From: Eledone cirrhosa
Taxonomy: Eukaryota
Assembly (NCBI GenBank): GCA_964016885.1
Contig: OZ024740.1
Span: forward strand, 129,766,001-129,830,000
Length of the DNA: 64,000 bases
Direction: 5' to 3'
The position numbers and the translations under genes are program-made. This document shows, piece by piece, positions 28,250 to 39,699 of this stretch (position 1 is the first letter of the stretch; each line of letters begins with the position of its first letter). The notes under the pieces are model-generated. The model made no database searches, was not told the DNA's origin, and saw only the letters and a list, made by a program, of their open reading frames with translations.

Positions 28250-29000
28250 CTTCTAAATGTTGTAGGTGATATTTTGTTTTACTCTGAAAATTTGTCCATA
28301 CTTAAATTTGAATTGTGTTCCTTCTATCAGGTATAAACAAGAACCATAGTTTGTTCTTCCGTATTTTATAACAGTGGGATAGTGGCTAGTTTGTTGAATT
28401 TCAACTCTATAAGGAATTGTGATAGTGTTTGGGGATATATATTTTAGATTGATGATCTGGTACGTTTCTAGTATTTGTTTCATTGTTTCACCTTCATATA
28501 GTTTTTTTGCAGAGATGGTCAAACTTTTCGTTATATCTGGTTTGAAAGTTAATGCTATTTCTCATATTTTTAAATTTGGGAGTCTATCAAGTGTTTCTCG
28601 CACTAACATATCGCAACCTATGGTTGTGTGATATGTGTCTCCAAATTGTAATATTGATTAGCTGTAACATGCGTTTCCATCGGGCGATACTTTCGTGCCC
28701 ATTACGTTTCCTGATATTTACCCGTACGCAGATCCGTTAAACTAAAACGTATTTTTGCTATGCGAATTTGAATCAATCAACGATGAAGTTGTTTTCGAAG
28801 TGTATCCTTGAGTCTGAGTGGTGTGTGTCTAGCCTATATTCAGTTGAAGTTATGTTTGTGTATAATCTGACAACTCGATGGGCACACTATTTGTTGGTTC
28901 ACTTACTGTTTTAGGGAGACGTTCAGAATGCCTTGGTAATCTTTTATGTAGTCTTTCATATGTTTCAGGAATAATCTTCCAACAAACAGTAATTCAACGC
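28250..29000 (-). pseudogene. Degenerate Penelope-like reverse transcriptase
   Basis: The minus strand reads RLPKTVSEPT..., then FNGSAYG*ISGNVMGTKVSP (F.FN..Y.Q..G..MGT..SP motif), then KPDITKSLTISAKKL. Confidence 0.6.
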
Positions 29001-29416
29001 ACAATATGATTTTCTTTGACCTCTCCTTTTCCCCTTTTTTTTATTACGATTTATCTATCAAATCTCACTGAAACCTCTGCTTTGACAAATGTAAACATTC
29101 TTTTCCCAAAGGCCCTTTTCAATCATGTATATATCTATATGTATAATATTATTTACTTTACTTTATATTGTTATTCTTGTCTTTCACTGCAAACCTTAAA
29201 TATAAACTTGAATTCTTCACACATAGAGTTCGAAATAAAAGTGCGCGCGCACATACGCGGCCATAAAAAAGATCATCACACCCAAAATAATTTTCTTTTA
29301 TTTATATATGTTATTGTATTTTCATTAGGAATTTCTCTCATCCATATATCAAAGTTTATTTTTATACACAACAGATTGCCGCCTGTAGTTATAGTTACAC
29401 ACCTAACAAATACACT

Positions 29417-29469
<53 letters not shown>

Positions 29470-29480
29470 ACACACACACA

Positions 29481-29545
<65 letters not shown>
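29417..29545. repeat. (CA)n microsatellite
   Basis: Read directly from the sequence. Confidence 0.9.
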
Positions 29546-29546
29546 C

Positions 29547-30116
29547 TATTTTTGAGACTCGAAACCCTAGGGTAAAGTATCATAGCAGGTACAGTGAATC
29601 TTTAAACAATTATCTTAAATCTTTTTATTATTTGCTAAACCTTGATTATATGTTCTGGTTCGTTAATTTTATTAACCTGCCATAGAACCACATTGGCATA
29701 TGGTCGGATAATACATGTATCACTATATGATTTTGCGTGTAGGGATATATACTTTATTATTATTAATCTCCCCCTGGTCGATATAACATTTGGTCGTTTT
29801 GACTGCTGCTATTTCTAGTGGTAGTGTATTGACCTTTCAGCCACTGCCTTCTATCTTTGCACCCGGAGTTGATTCTACTTCATTCATCTTCATCTCGGGA
29901 ACAATTTTGAATAGCGCCAGTTCGTAATTCGAACTCGGGAATTTTATATTCTCCGAGTGAAAAGAACCTTCTAATGAGGTCTGTCTTATCAATGGAGGCA
30001 TGTAAGGACTATTCATTTATTTTGAGACTCGAAACCGTACGGTAAAGGTAACCATAGCAGGTAGAGTGAATGTTTTCAAATTTATTTTAAAACGTTTTCT
30101 TATTTGCTAAACCTTG

Positions 30117-30122
<6 letters not shown>
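29547..30122 (+). mobile_element. Retrozyme-like element: 470-bp period, diverged ~100-bp direct repeats spanning the hammerhead 3' half
   Basis: 29547-29651 resembles 30017-30122 (tttgagactcgaaac...ttatttgctaaaccttgatta). Bounded by (CA)n and (TA)n. Confidence 0.65.
29966..30049 (+). ncRNA. Type I hammerhead ribozyme (core variant CUAAUGA)
   Basis: Stem I ACCUU/AAGGU; core CUAAUGA, one change from CUGAUGA; stem II GUCUUA/UGAGAC; then GAAAC-CGUACG-GUA. Confidence 0.65.
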
Positions 30123-30191
<69 letters not shown>

Positions 30192-30225
30192 ATATATATG
30201 TATGTATATATATATATATTTATTT

Positions 30226-30281
30226 ACCGCTATATATATTTCGATGATACCCATTGTATGGCTATGACCTCATCAAGCAGT
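30226..30281 (-). ncRNA. Minimal type I hammerhead, Penelope pLTR type (core variant UUGAUGA)
   Basis: The minus strand reads ACUGC-UUGAUGA-GGUCAUAGCCAU-ACA-AUGGGUAUCAUC-GAAAU-AUAU-AUA-GCGGU, then AAAUAAA. Confidence 0.6.
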
Positions 30282-30389
30282 CAGTAAGTTCTTAGATATG
30301 CCAGCTGTGGGTTTTAGGTGTTGATGGTTTTAGAGCCTTGGGATATATTACATTTATTGTATTCAGACATGTAGAGCGAAAAGATGTAT

Positions 30390-30716
30390 ATCATCATCAT
30401 CATCATCATCATCATTTTATGTCCGCTTTTCCTTGCTTGCAAGGGTGGGACGGGTCTTATTCAGCACAGCATCTCTCCACTCGTCACGGTCCCTCGTCAT
30501 CTCCACCGTGAGCTTCAATGATCTGAGGTCTGTTCTCACCACCTCCGCCCATGTTTTTCGTGGTCTACCTCTACCACGTCTTCCTTCAACTGGCATTTCC
30601 TGGCACTTCTTCACCCATCGGTCATCCTCCATGCGCATCACATGTCCATACCACCTCAGTCTCCTCTCCCGTACACTACATTCTATCCCTCTCGGACACA
30701 GTTTCTCTCTCAACAC
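30390..30716 (-). mobile_element. 5'-truncated RTE-type LINE 3' end with (ATG)n tail
   Basis: RLRWYGHVMRMEDDRWVK...GRRGRGRPRKTW...DRDEWR. The tail appears as (CAT)n on the plus strand at 30390-30415. Confidence 0.85.
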
Positions 30717-31301
30717 ATTTATGTGTGTGTGTGTATGTGTGTGTGTGCGTGTGCGTGTGCGTGTGTGTGTGTGTGTAGGGATTGTAATGTGATATTATTG
30801 TAGGAACAGCAAAGTGAGCACTGGATGCGTAATTTCCCGTCTATAATGAGGTGTATAACTAAACAGGCTGTAAATATAATAGTAAAAGGATGAATTGTTA
30901 TGCCTTCATTACGTTTATTGTGGGTTGTAGCGTGTTTCGCTATTGATCAGTTCAAAGTCCTATCTGTATCGATCTGGCTCAACTTTGGAATCTAAATGGT
31001 AATGGTTGGTGTTAATTGCGGAGGTTTAGTGTTTTGGCTTATCATAGACATTGTGCTGTGTATGCGGTGACGCAGAGGTGGTCGGTGTGTATGTGGGTGT
31101 GGTAGTGCTATAGATATTAGGAGATGAACGGGTGCGGTGCTCTACTGAGGATGGGCGGGGTTCACTGGTCAGTGGTTTGCTGGAGTGAGAGAAAAGTAAA
31201 GAGGAGGAACATAAGGGAAGTGTGTCATGTTAGGGGTGGGGCATTGTTGTATTTTATCTCTCTCTATATATATATATATCCTTAAATAATATTATAATTA
31301 A

Positions 31302-31488
31302 AAGGTGTCCGAGTATCGGTGGAGGGTCGGTCACGATGCTTTGACGCATAGAGTTACGGCCCTTGCCATTCTGAGTTCAAATCCCGCCGAGGTTAACTTT
31401 GCTTTTCATTCTTGTGGGGTCGATAAAATAAAGTACCCTTAATGCATCGGGTAATTGCTGGTCTTGTGCCTAAAGTAGAAACAATTAT
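31302..31488 (+). mobile_element. tRNA-derived SINE
   Basis: B box GAGTTCAAATCC; the body matches the 39291 copy; tail agtagaaacaattat. Confidence 0.85.
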
Positions 31489-32072
31489 AACTATGAGGAA
31501 TAAATGTACAATAATGAATTAAAAGTTGTGGTTAGTGTTAGAAAAGACTAAAATAGATAAATAAAAGAATAAATAACTGTGTGGGCAAACCCGGTGCAGA
31601 GGGTATTGTGGGAAGAGGCTATCAGAAGAATAAAAAATACATGTGTACATCTACAAACACAGACACACATACATGTGCTCACATCTATACATACATCCAT
31701 ATAAATATATGTACATGTATATATTACCTCAGACGCCCAAACACCTAAGATACGTCGAGCCACATGCACATAGACACATAAAAATATGTGCCGGGGCATG
31801 AATATATGGCATAGTTACATTGGTTATGATGTACACCAGTAAAAATACACACGCTCTCCCATGTGCACAGCAGCGTGCACAGACGCACACATGTCCGTAT
31901 CCCTGCAAAGGTAAACACTAACGAAGTACGTGTGGTCATATGGCCGGTGATCCATACAACTACGTCATTTTGCAGGGTTGTACGCATATATACACACCCA
32001 CCCATATGTGTGTGTGTGCATGTAGATATGTATACACACACACGCACACACACACCCACACACTCACACATG

Positions 32073-32104
<32 letters not shown>

Positions 32105-32579
32105 CACACACATACACACACACACATATATATATATGTATACATACACAAACATGCGTTGATTTGTATGCGCTAAAGTTGTGCCTAGACAGCTATCCTA
32201 TGGGAATATATAGAGGTAGAATAATTTTCTCTAGCATATGATAAGAGTAAAAGTGCGCTGTAAAAAAAACATTTAATGTTAGATAACGGTGTTGAAATTG
32301 GTGATAAACATGGAAGCGATGAAGTCAATTGTGGTAATGTGTGAGATGTTAGTGGCCTCTGTGTGCCTCACGAGTATGCGGTACATTTTGGTGTGGGTGG
32401 GAATAGTGAGTACATGGTGATATGTTTAGTGGTGGGGACATGATGAAGGATGCAATATGGTATTAACAAGAAGAATATTAACAAGAATAACAGTGGTGCT
32501 GAAAGTTACAATGGTAATGGGGCCGATGCTAAAATTGATGGGATATGAATAATATTAGTTATTATGATGTGTCACTTTT

Positions 32580-32850
32580 CAGTTAGTAACGCTTTGGTCC
32601 GTTCGTGGCACCTGTCCGAATACTAAGGCGGAATACGTAACGACAGAATTTAATTTAATGATCTAGGACGATTCCGCCAGACACAACCTGTAGTGGCTTC
32701 CTCTGGTGGAATGTTGAGCCACGTGTCTCCTAATGGACCATTTGATCTGGTATTTCAGGTTCTTATCCTTGACGTTCCAGATCAAATCTGCCAGTCTGGT
32801 TTGGGAACGTTTATGTCTGTGTTTGAAGGAGATGTTATTAATACATATTA
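32580..32850 (-). pseudogene. Penelope-like GIY-YIG endonuclease C-terminal fragment
   Basis: SFKHRHKRSQTRLADLIWNVKDKNLKYQIKWSI...YRLCLAE followed by RCHERTKALL. This matches the PLE pattern SF.H....T.L..YIW.LK...IKW.I...C.LC..E...CRH. Confidence 0.75.
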
Positions 32851-33259
32851 CGATTTTACACATGTAGCAAAAATAATATTTTGTTAACTCAAATCAATCT
32901 TTGAATGACAGCGACTAAATATTAGCATATAGATATTCAACAGGGTTGGTGGAAACATTCCTGAAATGGTGGAGCTGACCAAGTTTTCACTATTCAATTG
33001 TAGTGGTAAATTTAGCTCTTTGCACTCGAAAATATGTCGGAAAACGTCGATATGCGATCAAAATAACATGTATATAAACTGTAGCGTATGTCCAAATAGA
33101 TGTGTCTTTGGGAAATTTGTGGAGAAAATATAATTATTGGAGGGGGGTATACGCCCAAAGTTCGAGTGACAAAAATAAAATTATGTTCTGTGGGGTTAAT
33201 ATATCGAGCTTCCTCACATGTGCTAAGAAACGGGTATTATCCCCAATTTATTCATCTCC

Positions 33260-33308
<49 letters not shown>

Positions 33309-33344
33309 CCCATGTGCAACCACGCAGTATTCCTCTTTCTTCTC

Positions 33345-33419
<75 letters not shown>

Positions 33420-33438
33420 TATATATATATTATATATA

Positions 33439-34171
33439 TTAACGATAGTTATAGCTCTGATTCATCTGAATTATTGAGCCCTCTGCCGCTCATATCGAAT
33501 TCCGTTTATCGTGAACTCGTGCGCCGATTTTTCGATACTCGATCTTTCTAATATATTTAGCTCTGGACTTAGCTATCCACCAGTTAATTTTATTGCTCAT
33601 TTTTTGTCGATTCTATTGAGTGATGAATAGCTTTTGTTTTATTTTAACATGTCTATTGAGCACTCTAATTCGATATGTGTATTTCCACATTCACTCGAAT
33701 TGTTTTCGCGGATATAGGGGTCATCTCCCTTGTCTAATGCCATGTGCGTTTTTCACCGCTAGTTGACTCCTCTGCCGCCAGGAAAAAACTCGTTGACAAC
33801 GTAAACTCCGTTCCACTTATTCTAGTAGGCTTTTATATTTATATGTGAGCTGATAGAGTACAGTCTAAGGATTTACAGAAACCCATGAAGCTAGATTTAA
33901 CACCTTTCTAGTGGGTCCGGGTATGATTTTACATTCATTTAAATTATTGACGTATTGTTTTATTGATATTTTTTATCTGTTTGGCCCGAATCTTCCTTTA
34001 TCGATTTTAAATCGTATGGTTGATTGTAGACTTGTTCTATATGTGACGGTATTTTAACGATAGTTATAGCTCTGATTCATCTGAATTATTGAGCCCTCTG
34101 CCGCTCATATCGAATTCCGTTTATCGTGAACTCGTGCGCCGATTTTTCGATACTCGATCTTTCTAATATAT
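33439..34171. repeat. Element with identical ~117-bp terminal direct repeats (615-bp period) between (TA)n tracts
   Basis: 33439-33556 equals 34054-34171. A degenerate hammerhead-like segment lies at 33850-33893. Confidence 0.8.
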
Positions 34172-34183
34172 ATATATATATAT

Positions 34184-35357
34184 AGATATATTTTAACTTT
34201 AATTATATCTCATAAAATAATACAACTGGCTTTTCCACATAATACATATTGTTAGCACCCCAAACACTTAAATTGGGTTTATATTAAAATATAACCTAAT
34301 GTTTGTTGAGTGAGATGGTTACGAGTCAGAGATTAGCTTTAAACTATCTCTGTTATTGTATTAATATTTTACTCTTGATTGGCCAGAGGTGTTTATTTCC
34401 AGGTACCTTATACATTTGACTTTCCGTATTTATTACTGTTGTGCGATATTGTGGTTTTTATTAGTTGTAACTTCTCTGTTTGTTAGCCTAAGAAAATATA
34501 TATATGCCTATGTATATAATTACATGCATACATTTATTTTTTAAAATTAATAGAGTTCTTTACACGAGGAATTGATATTAGTTTTGAAATAGCTAATTAA
34601 CCCGCGTGTGTTTTATATTTTACTGTTAATTCGGCCGGAGATTTACATTCCCATTTGCCCTTTAAAGCATAACTTTCCGTATTTACTACGGTTACGAGAT
34701 GCGGTTTCTTATTCAGCTACAACCTCTGATTTTAGCCTAAGAAAATATCTATATGCGTGTGTAATTTATACACGCATATATTTATTTTTTAATTTCAATT
34801 GAGTTCCTAACACGTTGGATTGATAATGTTTTCGAAAAAACTGATTAACCCGCGTGTATATTATTTTTTTTCCTCCTTTCGTGGATCGTTGTTGTCTCCC
34901 CTTCCAGCTTAGTGACGCTATAACACTTCCTCAGTCAAAAACTGCTGGAATTTCAAATTTGCCGGTCATTCGATGCGGGAAGGAGCAATTTAACGGACAC
35001 GATTTTTAACTGTGGTAAGAAATGTTTTTCTTATATCAAAGTTTAATGGGCTTCCACTGATGATTTATAAGAACCCACCTAAATATATTCTTACATGAAT
35101 GTATATTAGGCTTCTACATAAACTGGAAATATTCTCCGAATTTGTAGAAAACTTATAATGAAACAATTGTTTGGAAAGAGAGATATATTTTAACTTTAAT
35201 TATATCTCATAAAATAATACAACTGGCTTTTCCACATAATACATATTGTTAGCACCCCAAACACTTAAATTGGGTTTATATTGAAATATAACCAAATTTT
35301 TGTTGAGTGAGATGGTTACCAGTCAGAGATTAGCTTTAAACTATCTATGTTATTGTA

Positions 35358-35364
<7 letters not shown>
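34184..35364. repeat. Element with ~184-bp terminal direct repeats (997-bp period) and an internal diverged ~250-bp tandem pair, between (TA)n tracts
   Basis: 34184-34367 resembles 35181-35364. ~34367-34608 resembles ~34617-34858. Confidence 0.8.
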
Positions 35365-35399
<35 letters not shown>

Positions 35400-35446
35400 A
35401 TATAGAATATGTATACTCTGTTTTGTATTGAGTACCCGGCATATAC

Positions 35447-35537
<91 letters not shown>

Positions 35538-35576
35538 CAATATTAATAAATGGAAACTATATTTATAAAACCACAT

Positions 35577-35642
35577 TTATTTCATTATATATATTTCAAG
35601 GATACCAAGTTAAATCATGGTATGCCTTCATCAGACAAAGTA
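35577..35642 (-). ncRNA. Minimal type I hammerhead ribozyme
   Basis: The minus strand reads UACUUUGU-CUGAUGA-AGGCAUACCA-loop-UUGGUAUCCUU-GAAAU-AUAU-AUA-AUGAAAUA. The core is intact; stem I is weak. Confidence 0.7.
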
Positions 35643-35835
35643 CAATATATAACAGTTTTACAAATATATATTGACGTGCCCTTTCAAAAAGGTGACGGTG
35701 TTTTTGGAGGCCATCCGGATTGGTTTGTTTACTTTAGTAAGTCATAGTGTTAAGAGTAAGTAAAAAGATGGAGAGAGAGAGAGAAACGTGGAGAAACGTG
35801 GAGAAACGTAAGATTTGTAAAACTGTTATATATTG

Positions 35836-35900
35836 TATTTTGTCTGATGAAGGCATACCATGATTTAACTTGGTATCCTTGAGATATATGTAACGAAATA
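35836..35900 (+). ncRNA. Minimal type I hammerhead (GAAA mutated to GAGA)
   Basis: UAUUUUGU-CUGAUGA-stem II-GAGAU-AUAU-GUA-ACGAAAUA. Stem I pairs over 8 bp. Confidence 0.6.
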
Positions 35901-36030
35901 AATATGGTTTTATAAATATAGTTTCCAATTATTAATATTGTATATCTACTCCAAATATTTGTCGAGTGCTTTATATCAGTTATAATAATATTTGCTTGTT
36001 GTATCCCAACAATTTAAATAGAACTTTTGC

Positions 36031-36064
<34 letters not shown>

Positions 36065-36193
36065 TTATGCTTTGGGAGGGTCATGTTGCCAATAAGAAAC
36101 ACACGCACCAGTTGCTTTCACTTCAAAGTATAACAATATCGGTTTCAACACACGATTTCAGATAAAGAATCTTGCGAAACAAATTCAGAAACG

Positions 36194-36232
<39 letters not shown>

Positions 36233-36779
36233 AAATATAATACTTTGGTATCTGTACAATATAATAACATTTTGTCGCTCTTGCTTTTCAATATGATGTC
36301 ACTCACACTGTCCATAGTAATGTATCTTAATGAATGTTCTGAGGACTAGGATTTTAATTACTTATTTAAGCATTGTTTGGAAGAAAAGATCGAATGTATT
36401 AAGCAAACATTTTATTGTTTTATATTTCGTATCTCTGCTCTGTAATACATCTGATAATGTACATGGTCCTTTTTTCTCTTACTGGCAATTGGGTAGTGCT
36501 TAATACTGCCCTTTCATATTTAGAATTATATATAACTCATATATAAGTATAAATAATATCATTAGTATATATATATATTTATATATATACATTCTATTAT
36601 CATAACTATTTGTGAGCTTTGTTGCTCTAAACTTTCACCTGTGCACTCACAGGATCACCAATCTTCCATGGTGAGTACACAGGGGAGACTCCAGAGTAAG
36701 AAGGCTTAACCATAATCAATACATATTTAAACTCTTCTTCGGTAGTAAATTTTCATTCTCATGTCCCTCAATAATTCAC

Positions 36780-37230
36780 ATACTCCGATGTCTTGAATAA
36801 AAGTCCACAACCTCGCTTATTAATGTGTCCTTTTATTGCCACCCCTCCTATATTTGACACCCGGGAGTGCCACGAAACTCTCCTCCTCTATATGTGTATC
36901 ACACAAACATCTCATGTAATACCCTCCTCTGTATCTACTAAAGCCAAACACTACCCTTCTCTAAATCTATCAGGATACCGCGACTTTTTCCTACTCTCTA
37001 ATTCTAAGACTAATACACTCTCTCAGCTTTTAACAAATAACTACACTTATCTCTCCCAACCCCTCCCCCCTATATATCTGCAGCACATTAATCTCTCATT
37101 ACCCCTCTCTGTATACGTACAACCACCAAATTCTCCCCATTTCAATTTCAGATCTATGATAATCTTCACTCTGTACGTTTACCGAACATCTTTCCTTTAC
37201 TCAAATCACCGCACCATTGAATAAATATAT
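36780..37230 (+). pseudogene. Possible Penelope linker/GIY-YIG remnant with C/T-rich tail
   Basis: CPFIATPPIF...CITQTSHVI resembles the CP.I......C.T.NVIY linker that precedes GIY-YIG. The match is weak. Confidence 0.35.
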
Positions 37231-38076
37231 ATCAAACATTTAAATTAAAAAAAGCTTTGTCTGCATATTGCAAATAGTACTACGTGTGTCAGGTGCTATA
37301 ATATTTCTAAATAGCGTTAACATTGCTCCATACGCTCAATTCCCCACAGCAATCGTATTACCATCACTATTTCTGATATCATCCTAGCCGTTACAATTTA
37401 GACATTTGGCTTTATTACAGAGGCTTCAAACTGCTTTAAGCCCAGGGAACATTTCCTAAACTTTTATATATGTTGTTCACATTTCTACTTTATATTAGAT
37501 TGTTATATTTCTATTACGAATATTGCTAACATTAGCGTTATTATAAATGTTGCTGTCCATAAGATACTAAAGTTGATAACAGGTTTCCAATGAATGTCTC
37601 ACAGGCTCAGAACCTTTCTAACAGCTAGATGAGACCCACCGCATCATATTTAAAATGCACAGTTACGAAGCTAACGTCTAGCTGATCTGGATACACTACG
37701 ACCCTGATAAGACAGTTGATCTTATATGATTAAATACACCATTTATTTCACTTTCATCATACGCGAATTTATTCTATTATACTTAGAATAAATGTAAAAG
37801 TCTTTTTAACAACACATACAATAACGTTTAAGTACGATACATGCAAGTTACTGTACGTCTCTAAAGATTTGTTATATGTGTATATACACAAAGTTTCTAT
37901 TCACCTCATTTAAAATATATTATTTTATCGTTTCAGGTGGTAGTCTGAATTAGGGAGGTTTTTCTTCGGAAATACAATGAAATTGTCATCATTTGGCCTC
38001 CACAATTCAGAAATGCATCCACCGCCCTTGCTGAAAACAAATTTGACTGAGGGATAAATGCTGACAGAAAGAGAAT

Positions 38077-38373
38077 TCAAAATCTCATATTCTGTGTCTT
38101 TTTCACGGCAAAGTTTTTAGCCAATTCAGCTAAACCAAGTGATGAATCTTGATCATGTTCAATTGATATAGTTGCCAAGTCAACTACTCACTCTTGCAGC
38201 ATTGTAGAGTGAATGGGAGATTGTATAAGCGTGAGCTTTTAGAAACTACTTTCACCACTTGCCATTGATAGTGGAAGTGTGAGAAGTATCCTCAATGCAA
38301 TAGCATCATTATGGACATTATCCAAAAGTTTTTGCTTGTTCTGGTCAGACTGAATTAACTCGATTATGTGTCC
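38077..38373 (-). pseudogene. hAT transposase C-terminal dimerisation domain (ZMYM1-like), with stops
   Basis: The minus strand reads IALRILLTLPLSMASGESSF*KLTLIQSPIHSTMLQE*VVDLATISIEHD. A hAT-like terminal sequence gcgccctaggc...gcaccggcca lies at ~38480-38528. Confidence 0.8.
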
Positions 38374-39290
38374 CTGTATGAAATAAACCAGGATAAAAAT
38401 GACCGTCAATAAAACTGAAATTTATTCATTTTGCTTTGAAATTTGTTGTTGATTTTGAAAACTGCAACCCGTGAAATCAGCGCCCTAGGCGGCTACTGCC
38501 TAGTTTGTCTATAAGGTAGCACCGGCCATAACCGAGTTGAATCCTTACGGAGTGGAGCAATTACCACAAGCGTTTGCCACAATTTCAGATGTATGGGTAG
38601 GATGTAGGTATCACATGTATCTTTCCTTACCATAACATTAGTGTAGGTTGAATTGAAGCAGATTCTGCTGATCTGAGTAGCATATTCCATATAGCTTGAC
38701 GTCCATTGTTTACCACAACATTCCTGGGAAATGTTACACTGTAAGGATATCAACATCAGTGAGAGCCTACCCAGAATTGTAGAATGCAATGACCTCTGTG
38801 TGTTTATGTTATTTGAAACTGCAACTGTTGAAGTTTTTGTTGATGATGATGATGATGATGACGATAATATTGTCTGCAAACATTTCGGTATTAGCGAGGA
38901 ATGTTTGTTTATCCAGTGTACTGCGGTTAAATGAAGTATACTGGTGAAGAAAAAGATTAAATTTCTTGAATGTTTCTAACATAAAATATTAAAAAAGATA
39001 AAGGCAGGAATTGATGTTAATTTCATGCATATTAGAATTTCTTGGGGATTTCGATATTTCATGATTCAGAGCCGAAAGAAATTGTTAATTTGGCTAATCG
39101 TTAATTTTAATATTTTCTGAAGAAAAACAAATTAGGAAGAGATAGACTACGCATCGCATTAATTATGTATTAGTAATACTTAGTCTTCCGTAATTTGTGA
39201 GGTGTTCATACACAAACGGTTTTAAACTCATTTTCCGTGTCTGAGGGGCTGTTACCATTTAGGCTGGTTTATTATTTAGTAGGGAATAGA

Positions 39291-39480
39291 GGGCGGTGGA
39301 TTGGCAGTATCAGTAGAGGGTCGGACGCCATGCTTTCCAGCATAGTTACGTCCCTTTAGGATCTGAGTTCAAATCCCGCCGAGGTTGACTTTGCCTTTCA
39401 TCCTTACGGGGTCGATCAAATAAAGTACCAGTAATGCACTGGATAATTGCTGGCCTTGTGCCTAAAGTAGAAACAATTAT
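39291..39480 (+). mobile_element. Full-length tRNA-derived SINE with target-site duplication
   Basis: A-box-like TGGCAGTATCAG and B box GAGTTCAAATCC. ATTATTTAGTAGGGAATAGA is duplicated at 39271-39290 and 39476-39495. Confidence 0.9.
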
Positions 39481-39699
39481 TTAGTAGGGAATAGAATTAA
39501 TCAAAGTATGCCCTCCCAGTGTTGATTTATTATAAGAACTCTTTATTCCTAAGAAAGGTTATAAGGAATTCGATTAGATTGAACGATGAATTGTTCTACG
39601 TATGCATACAGCATATATTTGTTGGAGAAATGTACTTTTATAAGTCTGTGAGATTGCTCTAAATAGATTTGCTTGCTTTGGCTTACTTGCATTCCATTA

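Larger units (their letters stand above)
35533..35945. repeat. ~133-bp inverted repeat (Penelope pLTR-like), each arm carrying a hammerhead
   Basis: 35533-35665 is the imperfect reverse complement of 35813-35945. Confidence 0.85.

Noticed and set aside
30915-30962. Minus-strand CUGAUCA..GAAACACGC hammerhead-like words
   Set aside because: The core is mutated and there is no stem II or stem I pairing; at most a decayed pLTR.
31360-31400. tRNA gene at GAGTTCAAATCC
   Set aside because: No cloverleaf forms; this is the B box of a multi-copy SINE.
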